Source of the DNA: Candidatus Nomurabacteria bacterium RIFCSPHIGHO2_12_FULL_37_29
Lineage (GTDB): Bacteria; Patescibacteriota; Minisyncoccia; Phycocordibacterales; UBA9973
DNA length: 52,768 bases
Reading direction: 5' to 3'
NCBI GenBank assembly: GCA_001785675.1
Contig: MFUJ01000013.1
Coordinates: 1-52,768, forward strand
The notes under the pieces were generated by a model. That model was not told the origin of the DNA. It ran no database searches and saw only the letters and a program-made list of their open reading frames with translations. Made by a program: the position numbers and the translations under genes. Below are positions 35,273 to 44,634 of this stretch, one piece after another. Position 1 is the first letter of the stretch, and every line of letters starts with the position of its first letter.

Positions 35273-37207
35273 ATGATAAAAAAGCAAAGACTGTCCTTCA
35301 GCGCAGTAAGCGTTGATGATAGAAAAATAGAAAATAAAATTCTCCTGGGCCGTAGGCCCTCGGGTGAGGCAGATAGGAAAAGATCGATGAAAAATTCTAC
35401 CTATCAATATAGAAAGAAAAGATATGGGCCAGCTCCTAGGTCTCGTTCCTTTAGCCCTAAAAACCAATACAAAAAAAGTGGTAGTGGAAAAATTCCCCCG
35501 CCAGAGAAAGGGGTGATACGCATTATCCCGCTTGGAGGAGTAGAAGAAATTGGCAAGAATATGACAGCGATAGAAATCGGTGAAGATATTATTGTTATTG
35601 ATGCTGGCATGCATTTTTCCAACGAAGCTACACCTGGAGTTGATTATGTTATTCCCAATACAACTTATCTAGAAGAACGCAAAGACAAAATACGCGCGCT
35701 TATCATAACGCACGGGCATTTGGACCACATTGGAGGCGTGCCACTGGTACTTTCACGTATCGGCAACCCGCCAGTATATTCCAGAAACCTCTCTATCTTA
35801 ATGATGAGAAAACGTCAAGCAGAATTTCCGCACTTACCGCCAACAAAAGAAAATATTGTTGAAAAAGACGAGACTATAACCTGCGGAAAAATAAAAATAA
35901 GATTTTTCGGTGTTACTCACACCATCCCCGACTCAATGGGTATCATTATAGAAACAGAACATGGGTGGATCGTAACTCCGGGAGACTATAAACTCGATCA
36001 AGTGGACGGAATCGTGTCTAAAGAGGAAGAAAAAGAATATTCTATCTTCGATCGTGCGAAGGTTCTTCTCCTTTTAACTGATTCCACTAATATTGAAAAC
36101 GAGGGCTTTTCTCTGCCTGAAATAAAAGTACACCAAGGACTGGAGAATTTAATAAGAAAAGTAAGTGGTCGAATAATTATTGCTGCTTTCGCGTCGCATA
36201 TTACTCGATTGGCTTATGTAGTAAAATTTGCTGAATCAATGGGTAAAAAAATAGTATTAGATGGACGTTCCATGAAAACTAACATAGAAGTGGCAATAGA
36301 AGCAGGATTATTTCAACCCCAAAAAGGTACGATAATACCAATAGAAGAAATAAATAATTATCCGTCCAATAAAATTGTAATTCTAATGACCGGGGCTCAA
36401 GGTGAAGAATTCGCATCGCTTAACCGCGCTGCCAATAAAACTCATACAAAATTTTCACTTCACAAGGGGGACACGATAATACTCTCGGCTTCCATCGTTC
36501 CAGGAAATGAACGAGCAGTAGAAAAAATGAAAGACGGACTGACCAGGCAAGGTGTACGCATCATAAGTTACCGCACGGCTGGCGAAGACTTTGTTCATGC
36601 GACAGGACACGGCAATCAGGAAGACGTGAAATGGCTTCACCGAAAAACGCATCCGAAATTCTTCATCCCAATTCATGGCAACCATTACCGTCTAGTACTT
36701 CATAAAGAGCTCGCTATGGAACTTGGCATGTCGGAAGAGAATATTGTTGTTCCAGATAATGGTTCAATAATCGAAATATCAACTGATGGGCAAAAGATAT
36801 TAATGCGCAAAGAAAAAGCACCATCAGGACTTATGATGGTGGACGGTGCTTCTGTCGGAGACGCTCAAGATGTCGTCATCCGCGATCGAGTTATGCTAGC
36901 GCAAGATGGAATGTTTGTCGTTATAGCGCTTCTTGATCAAAAAACCGGAAAATTAAAGAAATCTCCGGACTTGATCTCACGCGGATTCGTATATCTTAAA
37001 GAAAACCAAGAACTTCTGCGTCAGGTAAGAATCATGATTAAAAAAGGAGTGGAAGATATGGCAGTGAAAAATCTTGTCCGTTCGGCAGACGGGAGTCCGA
37101 CAGACTTTGACTATATGAAAAAAGAATTAGGGGAAAGCATTTCAAAATTTTTATACCAGAAAACTGAAAAAAGACCTCTGGTAATACCAGTAATATTGAG
37201 TGTGTAA
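35273..37207 (+). CDS. rnj: Ribonuclease J with a basic N-terminal extension of about 80 aa
   Basis: IRIIPLGGVEEIGKNMTAIEIGEDIIVIDAG, the metallo-beta-lactamase motif THGHLDHIGG, and beta-CASP and C-terminal domains. The start is uncertain (35273 or the ATG at 35387). Confidence 0.9.
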   Translation: MIKKQRLSFSAVSVDDRKIENKILLGRRPSGEADRKRSMKNSTYQYRKKRYGPAPRSRSFSPKNQYKKSGSGKIPPPEKGVIRIIPLGGVEEIGKNMTAIEIGEDIIVIDAGMHFSNEATPGVDYVIPNTTYLEERKDKIRALIITHGHLDHIGGVPLVLSRIGNPPVYSRNLSILMMRKRQAEFPHLPPTKENIVEKDETITCGKIKIRFFGVTHTIPDSMGIIIETEHGWIVTPGDYKLDQVDGIVSKEEEKEYSIFDRAKVLLLLTDSTNIENEGFSLPEIKVHQGLENLIRKVSGRIIIAAFASHITRLAYVVKFAESMGKKIVLDGRSMKTNIEVAIEAGLFQPQKGTIIPIEEINNYPSNKIVILMTGAQGEEFASLNRAANKTHTKFSLHKGDTIILSASIVPGNERAVEKMKDGLTRQGVRIISYRTAGEDFVHATGHGNQEDVKWLHRKTHPKFFIPIHGNHYRLVLHKELAMELGMSEENIVVPDNGSIIEISTDGQKILMRKEKAPSGLMMVDGASVGDAQDVVIRDRVMLAQDGMFVVIALLDQKTGKLKKSPDLISRGFVYLKENQELLRQVRIMIKKGVEDMAVKNLVRSADGSPTDFDYMKKELGESISKFLYQKTEKRPLVIPVILSV

Positions 37208-37214
37208 ATGAAAT

Positions 37215-37300
37215 TTAATGAGTAATACGAATATAAATTTCTTTACCCTGTTAAATGCCCTTTGGGCAAATTTTGCAAGGCAAAATTTATTTAACAGGGT
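37215..37300 (+). ncRNA. Candidate small structured RNA / repeat element, copy 2 (56-nt fold at 37245-37300)
   Basis: Same 86-nt architecture as 20060-20145. TATAAA lies 7 nt before the outer stem ACCCTGTTAAAT/ATTTAACAGGGT. Inner hairpins are TGCCC-TTT-GGGCA and AAATTTTGC-AAG-GCAAAATTT. Confidence 0.45.
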
Positions 37301-37327
37301 GTCGATTTATATAGTCGCCCTGCTCCT

Positions 37328-37339
37328 TATAAATCAGCC
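37328..37339 (+). promoter_or_regulatory. -10 box abutting the MFS transporter start (leaderless-type)
   Basis: TATAAA-TCAGCC-ATG (6-nt spacer). Confidence 0.4.
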
Positions 37340-38488
37340 ATGAAACATAACCGAAAAATAATATATCTGGCAGGCTTTTTATTTTCAATACCGGTAGCTT
37401 TAACTGCTTATATCAATTCAAGTTTTCTTGAAAATTACATAAATGCATACTATGTGGGTATTCTTTATGTCATTGCTTCAATGACTACTATTTTTGGACT
37501 GCTTGGGATGCCCCAGGTCTTAACAAAAATAGGCAATCGTTCAGTTATTTTTCTTTTTAGTCTAATACTTTTTTGCTCGCTTGTAATTCTAGCATTCGGG
37601 AATAAAAATTCTATTGTCATTCCCGCTTTTATTTTATACTTCATTTCACTAAATTTTATTGTTGCGTCATTGGATATTTTTATTGAAGATTTTTCAAAAA
37701 ATTCTAAAATAGGTGGAATACGCGGAATATATTTATCTATTACCAGTCTCGCCTGGGTTGTTGCTCAACTGATTTCCGGATCAATTATAACCAAAGGTTC
37801 GTTTCAGGGCATTTATCTTTTATCTGCTTTATTCATGGTCTTAGTATATATTCTTTTTGTTTTATTCTTGCGTGATTTCAAAGACCCAGAATATAAAAGG
37901 GTTTCCATCTCTAGAACGATTAAATTATTCATCCGAAATAAACACATCTCGAAAATTTATCTGATTAATTTAATTTTGAAATTTTTCTATGCTTGGATGA
38001 TTATTTATACACCGATATATTTACATGAATATATGGGCTTTACTTGGGACAAAATCGGAATAATCTTTAGCATTATGCTCATACCCTTTGTTGTTTTAGA
38101 CTTCCCCCTCGGTAAATTGTCTGATAAAATTGGTGAGAAAAAAATGCTCATTGTTGGATTTTTTATAATCAGTATCTCTACTTTAGTAATCCCTCTAATA
38201 AAAACGCAAACTTTCTTTCTCTGGACTCTCGTTCTTTTGTTCACTCGCGTTGGAGCAGCCATCATCGACACCATGAGCGAAAGTTATTTTTTCAAAGTTG
38301 TAACCGAAGAAAATGCGGATATAATCAGTTTCTTCCGCAACACCTTTCCTCTTTCTTTCATCATCGGTCCCGCTCTTGCTATTCCTGTTCTTTTATTAGT
38401 TCCGTCGTTTGAATATCTTTTTTTTGTTTTGGGAGTAATTATGCTATGCGGTTTTTTAGTCACACTGCGACTTCGGGATGTGAAGTAA
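37340..38488 (+). CDS. MFS-type transporter
   Basis: About 12 hydrophobic helices. The loop motif LGKLSDKIGEKK resembles the MFS D-R/K-x-G-R-R/K loop. Confidence 0.78.
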   Translation: MKHNRKIIYLAGFLFSIPVALTAYINSSFLENYINAYYVGILYVIASMTTIFGLLGMPQVLTKIGNRSVIFLFSLILFCSLVILAFGNKNSIVIPAFILYFISLNFIVASLDIFIEDFSKNSKIGGIRGIYLSITSLAWVVAQLISGSIITKGSFQGIYLLSALFMVLVYILFVLFLRDFKDPEYKRVSISRTIKLFIRNKHISKIYLINLILKFFYAWMIIYTPIYLHEYMGFTWDKIGIIFSIMLIPFVVLDFPLGKLSDKIGEKKMLIVGFFIISISTLVIPLIKTQTFFLWTLVLLFTRVGAAIIDTMSESYFFKVVTEENADIISFFRNTFPLSFIIGPALAIPVLLLVPSFEYLFFVLGVIMLCGFLVTLRLRDVK

Positions 38489-38489
38489 T

Positions 38490-39800
38490 TTAACTATCTT
38501 TCGCTGCTTCTAACGTGACAGAAACATTTTTCTCAACGCCTTTGGAGATAATTTTTAGATTTATTACTTGGCCGATTTTTTTCTGACGAATAACCGAAGC
38601 AAGACTTGTCTCGTCGTTTAGCTTAACGCCATCAACTTCCAAAATTATATCATTCTCCACAATTCCAGCTTTATCGGCCGGACTGCCCGGCATAACGGCA
38701 AGCTCGTTTGTATTCGCTCCAGGTTTTACTAGAACTCCATAATCAACAGTTAAATTATTTTTTTCTTTCATTTGCGTATTGATGGCAACATAGCGCACAC
38801 CCATATATGGCCGCACGATTTTTCCAATGGACTTTACCGATTCAATCGCGCTTTTGACACTATTAATAGGAAGCGCAAATCCTATATTTTGAGAGCCTTG
38901 CGCAATAGCTACGTTAACGCCAATTACGCGCCCTGAAAGGTCCAAAAGCGGTCCACCTGAATTTCCAGGGTTAATTGCCGCATCTGTCTGAATGACATGG
39001 TCAAGAATCTCTGTATTTCCGGAAGGATTCCCTGCAGTTACTGAACGGGCAAGCCCAGAAATCACCCCTACGGATACAGTATTCCTGAACTCAGCTAGAG
39101 CATTGCCTATGGCAATAACACTTTGTCCTACTTGTAACGAATCTGAGTTACCTAGAGTAAGATATGGGAAAGTTCCCTTAATTTTTATAAGGGCAACATC
39201 CAAAACTGGGTCACGAGCTACAACTTGAGCTAAATGTTTCTTACCATCATTAGTAAAAACAGTATATTCAACATTTGTCTGCAGAACAACATGCTTGTTG
39301 GTGAGGATCAGGCCATCGCTTGAGACAAAAAATCCCGAGCCTCCGCCAATTTCTTTTTTTTCTGTACCATTCTGACGATATTGGGGAATGTTAAAAGAAA
39401 AACCAGGAAATAAATCTCCGAATGGATTTGTTTGTTGATTCGGATCAATATAAGTTTCATATTTTGGAACTTCTTTGGAAATAATTATAGACACAACAGC
39501 CGGATTAGTTTTTTTCACTGCACCTATTACTAAATTATCTTGTGAAAAAATTGATTGTCTTTCAATAATTTTTTCTGTAGTAATTTTTGTATCTTCTTTT
39601 CCTATCTCATTTCGTGCTTGCGTATCTTGCAAATATTCTCTGGCAAAATATCCGAAGAGTTGGGCGCGAAAATTCCAAGCTAAAGAAAAAACTACTAGAA
39701 AGAAAATTAGCAGAGACGACAAAAGCAAAAAATAAAGGTGTAAGAAATCTTTATTCTTGGAAACTTTTTTAATGAATTTTATAATATCTATTTCCCACAT
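38490..39800 (-). CDS. htrA: HtrA/DegP-family serine protease with a PDZ domain
   Basis: N-terminal TM helix, TNKHV (His), the catalytic-serine motif GNSGGPLLD, and a C-terminal PDZ (GSPADKAGIVENDIILEVDG). Confidence 0.9.
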   Translation of the reverse strand: MWEIDIIKFIKKVSKNKDFLHLYFLLLSSLLIFFLVVFSLAWNFRAQLFGYFAREYLQDTQARNEIGKEDTKITTEKIIERQSIFSQDNLVIGAVKKTNPAVVSIIISKEVPKYETYIDPNQQTNPFGDLFPGFSFNIPQYRQNGTEKKEIGGGSGFFVSSDGLILTNKHVVLQTNVEYTVFTNDGKKHLAQVVARDPVLDVALIKIKGTFPYLTLGNSDSLQVGQSVIAIGNALAEFRNTVSVGVISGLARSVTAGNPSGNTEILDHVIQTDAAINPGNSGGPLLDLSGRVIGVNVAIAQGSQNIGFALPINSVKSAIESVKSIGKIVRPYMGVRYVAINTQMKEKNNLTVDYGVLVKPGANTNELAVMPGSPADKAGIVENDIILEVDGVKLNDETSLASVIRQKKIGQVINLKIISKGVEKNVSVTLEAAKDS

Positions 39801-39845
39801 GTTATTTTAAAATTAACCAAAAATGTTAATAATAATTAATTATAT

Positions 39846-40277
39846 TTATCTTTTTATTTTTTGCAAGTGATTTTTATAAATTTTTTCTTTATAGGGCTTG
39901 AGACGTATTACTTTTACTATTATGCCTTTATTTTTTAAGTCTTTTTTAAGATTTTTAACATAGGCTTTTTGGTCATATCCTAAGGCAATAATACGGGGGT
40001 GCTCTTTCGCGATGTGTGGAATATGATTTTTAATTCCAGAGAGAACTACTTTGTTAACTAATTTGCATTTTTGAACTAAAATTATTCTTTTTTTCTCATT
40101 TTTACCCGGATATTTTCCTTTTATTTTAAAAACATTCAAATCCCGCGCAACAGAAACAATTAAAAAAGATTTGTGGGCTAATTTTTTTGCTTGCTTAAAA
40201 AAATCAAGATGGCCATCATGTAAACCATCGAAGGTTCCGAAGACCATAATTCTCGTTTGTCTTTTTTTTTCTAACAT
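39846..40277 (-). CDS. Cytidylyltransferase-fold nucleotidyltransferase (FMN adenylyltransferase/RibL-like)
   Basis: VFGTFDGLHDGHLDFFKQAKKL (HxGH-type motif). 143 aa. Confidence 0.65.
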   Translation of the reverse strand: MLEKKRQTRIMVFGTFDGLHDGHLDFFKQAKKLAHKSFLIVSVARDLNVFKIKGKYPGKNEKKRIILVQKCKLVNKVVLSGIKNHIPHIAKEHPRIIALGYDQKAYVKNLKKDLKNKGIIVKVIRLKPYKEKIYKNHLQKIKR

Positions 40278-40292
40278 ACATACATTATATCA
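40278..40292 (-). promoter_or_regulatory. Extended -10 box abutting the nucleotidyltransferase start (leaderless-type)
   Basis: TGATATAAT-GTATGT-ATG (6-nt spacer). Confidence 0.5.
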
Positions 40293-40395
40293 AACTTCTA
40301 AAGGATTTTTTAGTACCAGTATTGACGAGTTGGTAATGTTTTTCTATTGTGATAATTTTTTAGATATTAACTTGCCAAGCACGTTGCTCAAAGAT

Positions 40396-40409
40396 TATAA
40401 TGTATGCCT
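40396..40409 (+). promoter_or_regulatory. -10 box near the nrdA start (leaderless-type)
   Basis: TATAAT-GTATGCCT-ATG gives 8 nt to the second ATG at 40410. The first ATG at 40404 is only 2 nt from the hexamer. Confidence 0.4.
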
Positions 40410-42983
40410 ATGACACTAACAATTACAAAAAGAGACGGCACAAAGGTCCCCTTCAACGCCGATAGAATCAATAAATCAATCGAGAGAGCATGCTATGGTT
40501 TAAAAGATCCGATAAGTAAAGTCATCCAGATAGCCACCGAAACACAGCTGACTCTCTATGACGGCATTACTACTGAAGAAATGGATGCTGCAACCATAAA
40601 TGCGGCTCTACAAAATGCCCAGTACAGCGGAGAATTTGATAAAATAGCCACTCGTTTGCTTCTAAAGGATATATATAAGAAAGTTATAGGTGATTACGAC
40701 CACGAAGAAACCAAATCAATATCTCCGCTTGAATTTACGCAACTCCACAGTGCACATTTCAAAGAATACATTTTGAATGCAGTTAATAAAGACCTACTGG
40801 ACAAAAGAATGGCGATGACTTTCAACCTGGATGAATTGGCTTCCTGTTTAAAAATAGAAAACGATGAACTCTATAAATACTCTGGCCTTTCTACAATGCA
40901 GAATCGTTATTTAATGAAAAATGAAAAGCAAGCACCGCTTGAAACACCTCAATATTTTTGGATGCGAGTTGCCATGGGTATGTCTTTAAATGAAGAAGAG
41001 CCAACAGTTTGGGCAAAAAAGTTTTACGAGAAAATGTCCAAGCTAGAATATCTTTCAGCTGGAAGTTCTAACATCGGAGCAGGTACACCTCATCCAAAAC
41101 TCTCAAACTGCTTTCTGATGGAAATGCATGACGACATGGAACACATCGGTAAAACTATTTCTGATGTATTGGTACTTTCAAAAGCGACCGGTGGTATTGG
41201 ACTTTCCGTCACCAAACTTCGCGCAGAAGGATCGCATTTAAAATCAAGCAATACAAAATCATCTGGCCCAATCCCATTTATGCATATAGCGGACTCTGCT
41301 GTGCGAGCAGTACAAAGGGGTGGAAAAAAATTGGGTGCGCTTTGTTTTTATATGGAAAATTGGCATTTAAACTTTCAAGATTTCCTAGATTTGAAGCAAA
41401 ACAATGGGGATGATTATAGAAGAACTCGCACCGCAAACACCGCAGTGTTCATCTCAGATGAATTTATGAAAAGAGTGATAGGAAATTATGAATGGTATTT
41501 GTTTGATCCGAATGAGGTAAAAGATCTGAACGAGCTTGTGGGTAAAGAATTTTCCATTAGATATAACGAATATGTGGCATTAGCTAAACAAGGAAAAATA
41601 AAGATGTATAATATAATCCCCGCCCGCCAGCAGTACAAGAATATATTAATTTCCCTAGAGACAACCTCACATCCTTGGCTTACTTGGAAAGATGCAATAA
41701 ATGTACGCGCATTAAACAACAACACTGGCACCATTCATTGTTCCAATCTCTGCACTGAAGTTACCTTGCCGACAGATAGAAATAATGTAGCAGTTTGTAA
41801 TTTAATTTCAATTAATTTAGCGCGACATTTAGTACGGGGACAAGTGGATTGGCATCGATTGGAAGAATCCGTTCGTTTGGCTACTCGCCAACTTGATAAC
41901 TTAGTTGACATAAATGAACTTCCGATACCAGAGGCAAGACGTGCTGATAATGAGAATAGAGCTGTGGGTTTGGGATTAATGGGTTTCGCTGATTCAATTG
42001 AACAACTTGGCTACTCCTATGAAGATACTGAAGCGGCAGACTTCGCTGATCAAGTTTTTGAATTTATTTCTTACATGTCCATTGATGAATCGGCGAATTT
42101 AGCTGAGGAAAGAGGATCTTATAAAAATTTCAAAGGTTCCGGTTGGTCAAAAGGTGAAGTTCCGATTGATACTCTTAAAAAATTAGAAGATGATCGGGGT
42201 CGTGAATTGACCGTGAAAAAAGAGTATCCAAGACTTCTACCAGCCTTGGATTGGAAAACTCTACGCATTAAAGTAAAAAAGGGAATGCGCAATGCAACAT
42301 TATTAGCAATTGCGCCGAATGCCAACATTGGACTCGTAGCAGGCACTTCTCCTGGAATTGATCCGAGGTTTACTCAAATGTTTTCTAGAAATAAAATATC
42401 TGGCAAGTACCTTGAAGTGAATGAAAACTTAATGCAGGCCTTAGAAAATGAAAACCTCTGGGATAAAACACGCGAAGCTATTTTGGAGAATCATGGTGAC
42501 ATTGAATCCATAGTAGAGATTCCAGACCATATCAAAAAAATTTACAAAACATCATTTTCTGTTTCTCCTTATGCATATATAGAGGTAGCCGCTCGAGCTC
42601 AAAAGTGGGTTGACATGGGAATATCTCGTAATATGTATTTGGAAGTTCGAGACATAAATGAAATTATGAATATCTACACCACGGCTTGGGACAAAGGACT
42701 CAAAACAACTTATTATCTGCATATGAAGCCACGCCATTCAGCTGAGCAATCCACCACTGCCGTCAATAAGGCACAAGTCTTGGGGAAAAGGGGTTTTGCA
42801 GTACTTCGAGACAAAGAAACACAGAAAGTTATCCAAAAAGAAGTACTAGAGACACCAACAGAAATAATCATACCAGCACCATCCCCAATCCAAATGAAAG
42901 AACCAGTACCCGTAGTTAAAACTCCCGAGATAGAAATAGTTGAAGACCCCCAAGAAAAATTCTTGTGCGAGAGCTGCCAATAA
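40410..42983 (+). CDS. nrdA: Ribonucleoside-diphosphate reductase alpha subunit (class I) with an ATP-cone
   Basis: ATP-cone ITKRDGTKVPFNADRINKSIERA, active-site region SNLCTEV, and a C-terminal CESCQ redox pair. The alternative start is 40404. Confidence 0.93.
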   Translation: MTLTITKRDGTKVPFNADRINKSIERACYGLKDPISKVIQIATETQLTLYDGITTEEMDAATINAALQNAQYSGEFDKIATRLLLKDIYKKVIGDYDHEETKSISPLEFTQLHSAHFKEYILNAVNKDLLDKRMAMTFNLDELASCLKIENDELYKYSGLSTMQNRYLMKNEKQAPLETPQYFWMRVAMGMSLNEEEPTVWAKKFYEKMSKLEYLSAGSSNIGAGTPHPKLSNCFLMEMHDDMEHIGKTISDVLVLSKATGGIGLSVTKLRAEGSHLKSSNTKSSGPIPFMHIADSAVRAVQRGGKKLGALCFYMENWHLNFQDFLDLKQNNGDDYRRTRTANTAVFISDEFMKRVIGNYEWYLFDPNEVKDLNELVGKEFSIRYNEYVALAKQGKIKMYNIIPARQQYKNILISLETTSHPWLTWKDAINVRALNNNTGTIHCSNLCTEVTLPTDRNNVAVCNLISINLARHLVRGQVDWHRLEESVRLATRQLDNLVDINELPIPEARRADNENRAVGLGLMGFADSIEQLGYSYEDTEAADFADQVFEFISYMSIDESANLAEERGSYKNFKGSGWSKGEVPIDTLKKLEDDRGRELTVKKEYPRLLPALDWKTLRIKVKKGMRNATLLAIAPNANIGLVAGTSPGIDPRFTQMFSRNKISGKYLEVNENLMQALENENLWDKTREAILENHGDIESIVEIPDHIKKIYKTSFSVSPYAYIEVAARAQKWVDMGISRNMYLEVRDINEIMNIYTTAWDKGLKTTYYLHMKPRHSAEQSTTAVNKAQVLGKRGFAVLRDKETQKVIQKEVLETPTEIIIPAPSPIQMKEPVPVVKTPEIEIVEDPQEKFLCESCQ

Positions 42984-42987
42984 ATAT

Positions 42988-43992
42988 ATGATTTTAGGGA
43001 AAGCATCACCAACAGATATGAACCTGCACCCCATGCATTATAAATGGGCATACGATCTTTACAATCAGGCAGTTAGGAATAGTTGGTTCCCGCACGAGAT
43101 ACCGCTCGGTGAAGATTTGGCTGACTGGAAATCTATGACTGATGATGAACGCCACGCAGTAGAATTTTTAATGGCGTTTTTTAATCCAACTGAACTCATA
43201 GTGAATAGATCGCTTGCTTTAGGAATATATCCATACTTAAAATCCCCCGAATGTCATCTATACATAGCAAAGCAAATGTTTGAAGAGGCGAATCACTGCG
43301 TTGCTTTTGAATACGTGCTCGAAACATTTCCACTTGATCGAGATCGTGTTTATGGTGTTCACCTTGAAATTGACTCAATAGTGAAGAAAGAAAATTTTGT
43401 AAATAAATACCTTATCCGAATGACTGAAGATACCCTTGATATTGAAACAGCGGAGGGTAAAAAAGATTTCTTGCGTAATTTGGTGGCAACCAATATCGTA
43501 ATGGAAGGAATTTGGTTTTATTCCGGCTTTATGGTGGCATTATCTTTCCGTCAAAGAAATCAGCTACGTAATCTAGGGTCAATGATCAACTGGGTTCTGC
43601 GCGATGAATCTTTGCATTTAAAATTCGGCATTCAACTTATTCATACTGTTCTCGAAGAAAACGGGGAACTCTTGACTGAAGAATTTGCTGATGAAATTAG
43701 AAATATAATAATTGAGGGAGTAAATCTCGAAACAAGCTATAATAAAGATATGTTCCCGAAAGGGATCCTAGGACTCAATGCGGATTATGTAAATCAATAT
43801 GTGCAATATGTAGCAGACAGAAGGCTCGAAGAACTGGGTCTTAAATCTCATTTCAATGTCACCAATCCCGCCAAGTGGATGTCTACCGCTACAGACGTAT
43901 TTGAATTGGTAAACTTTTTTGAACAACAAAACACTTCATATGAAGTCGACGCTCATGGACACAAAGAGGAAAATAAAAAGAAAGAGAACTAG
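42988..43992 (+). CDS. nrdB: Ribonucleoside-diphosphate reductase beta subunit
   Basis: Di-iron/tyrosyl motifs (EEANHCVAFEY and VMEGIWFYSGF..RDESLH). Start taken at the ATG at 42988, 4 nt after the nrdA stop, rather than the overlapping 42940. Confidence 0.93.
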   Translation: MILGKASPTDMNLHPMHYKWAYDLYNQAVRNSWFPHEIPLGEDLADWKSMTDDERHAVEFLMAFFNPTELIVNRSLALGIYPYLKSPECHLYIAKQMFEEANHCVAFEYVLETFPLDRDRVYGVHLEIDSIVKKENFVNKYLIRMTEDTLDIETAEGKKDFLRNLVATNIVMEGIWFYSGFMVALSFRQRNQLRNLGSMINWVLRDESLHLKFGIQLIHTVLEENGELLTEEFADEIRNIIIEGVNLETSYNKDMFPKGILGLNADYVNQYVQYVADRRLEELGLKSHFNVTNPAKWMSTATDVFELVNFFEQQNTSYEVDAHGHKEENKKKEN

Positions 43993-44609
43993 TTTTTGTA
44001 TTCTACAATTTCTCCTGCCCTAATTTCTATTTTATCTGCTTTTCTTAATTTTTTAATACGCATTTTGGGTAAAATATTATAGTGTTTTATTTCATCTAAT
44101 TTTTTATCTATATACCAAAGATCACCCTTTTGAACTATCCAATTTTTCCCAAGAGTATTTAAATTAAGTGGCCTGGAATATTGTCTTAAAGTCTTTTCTC
44201 CATCATTCAAAAAGTATTCATGGAAATAAGACAATACGAGTTCGCGAATATTTTTATAAATGGCATCTCTATATCTGAGTACCGTGTGATTAGTTTTAGA
44301 CAGTGCACCCCAGAGACCATTTATCTTAAATGGGGCTAGGACATGGTCATAGTCTTCTTTTGTGGTCTTTAAATGAAGCACGAGTGGCGGAAAACCACAA
44401 AGAGATAGAATATAGGCGCCAAGCAATGCTCCCTCAAAACAATGTGCCCTTCGTGTTTTGAGGGTCAAAATAGGAGATTTTAACCTCTCTCCCCTTTCCT
44501 CAAAATTAAAAGGAATTTTATTCAAAAAATCCTGCACCTTTGCTGGAGTGTTTAATTTCTGCAGTAATATTATTTCTTTTTTAGAAAATGATAAAATATC
44601 ATGAGACAT
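43989..44609 (-). CDS. Hypothetical protein, transglutaminase-like cysteine-peptidase-fold candidate
   Basis: RRAHCFEGALLGAYILSLCGFPP ... DYDHVLAPFKINGLWGALSKTN matches the Cys...His...polar spacing of transglutaminase-core proteins. This is pattern recognition only. Confidence 0.45.
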   Translation of the reverse strand: MSHDILSFSKKEIILLQKLNTPAKVQDFLNKIPFNFEERGERLKSPILTLKTRRAHCFEGALLGAYILSLCGFPPLVLHLKTTKEDYDHVLAPFKINGLWGALSKTNHTVLRYRDAIYKNIRELVLSYFHEYFLNDGEKTLRQYSRPLNLNTLGKNWIVQKGDLWYIDKKLDEIKHYNILPKMRIKKLRKADKIEIRAGEIVEYKN

Positions 44610-44634
44610 AATTTTTATAATTTATTATTTAAAT

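Noticed and set aside
35213-35614. A 133-aa minus-strand ORF, and the 35404-35622 ORF, antisense to the rnj 5' region.
   Set aside because: They are antisense to a strongly supported gene. The sequences are low-complexity and hydrophobic with no motifs and no promoter or start context.
40278-40403. An NrdR-box operator upstream of nrdA.
   Set aside because: I looked for the 16-bp acaCwAtATaTwGtgt-type palindrome and found only weak half-site resemblance (CTATTGTG), with no paired boxes.
42940-42987. An upstream start for nrdB that overlaps the end of nrdA.
   Set aside because: The ATG at 42988, 4 nt after the nrdA stop, gives MILGKASPTD... and a normal NrdB length. The upstream 16 codons (MKTPKKNSCARAANKY) are read from the nrdA C-terminal coding region in another frame.
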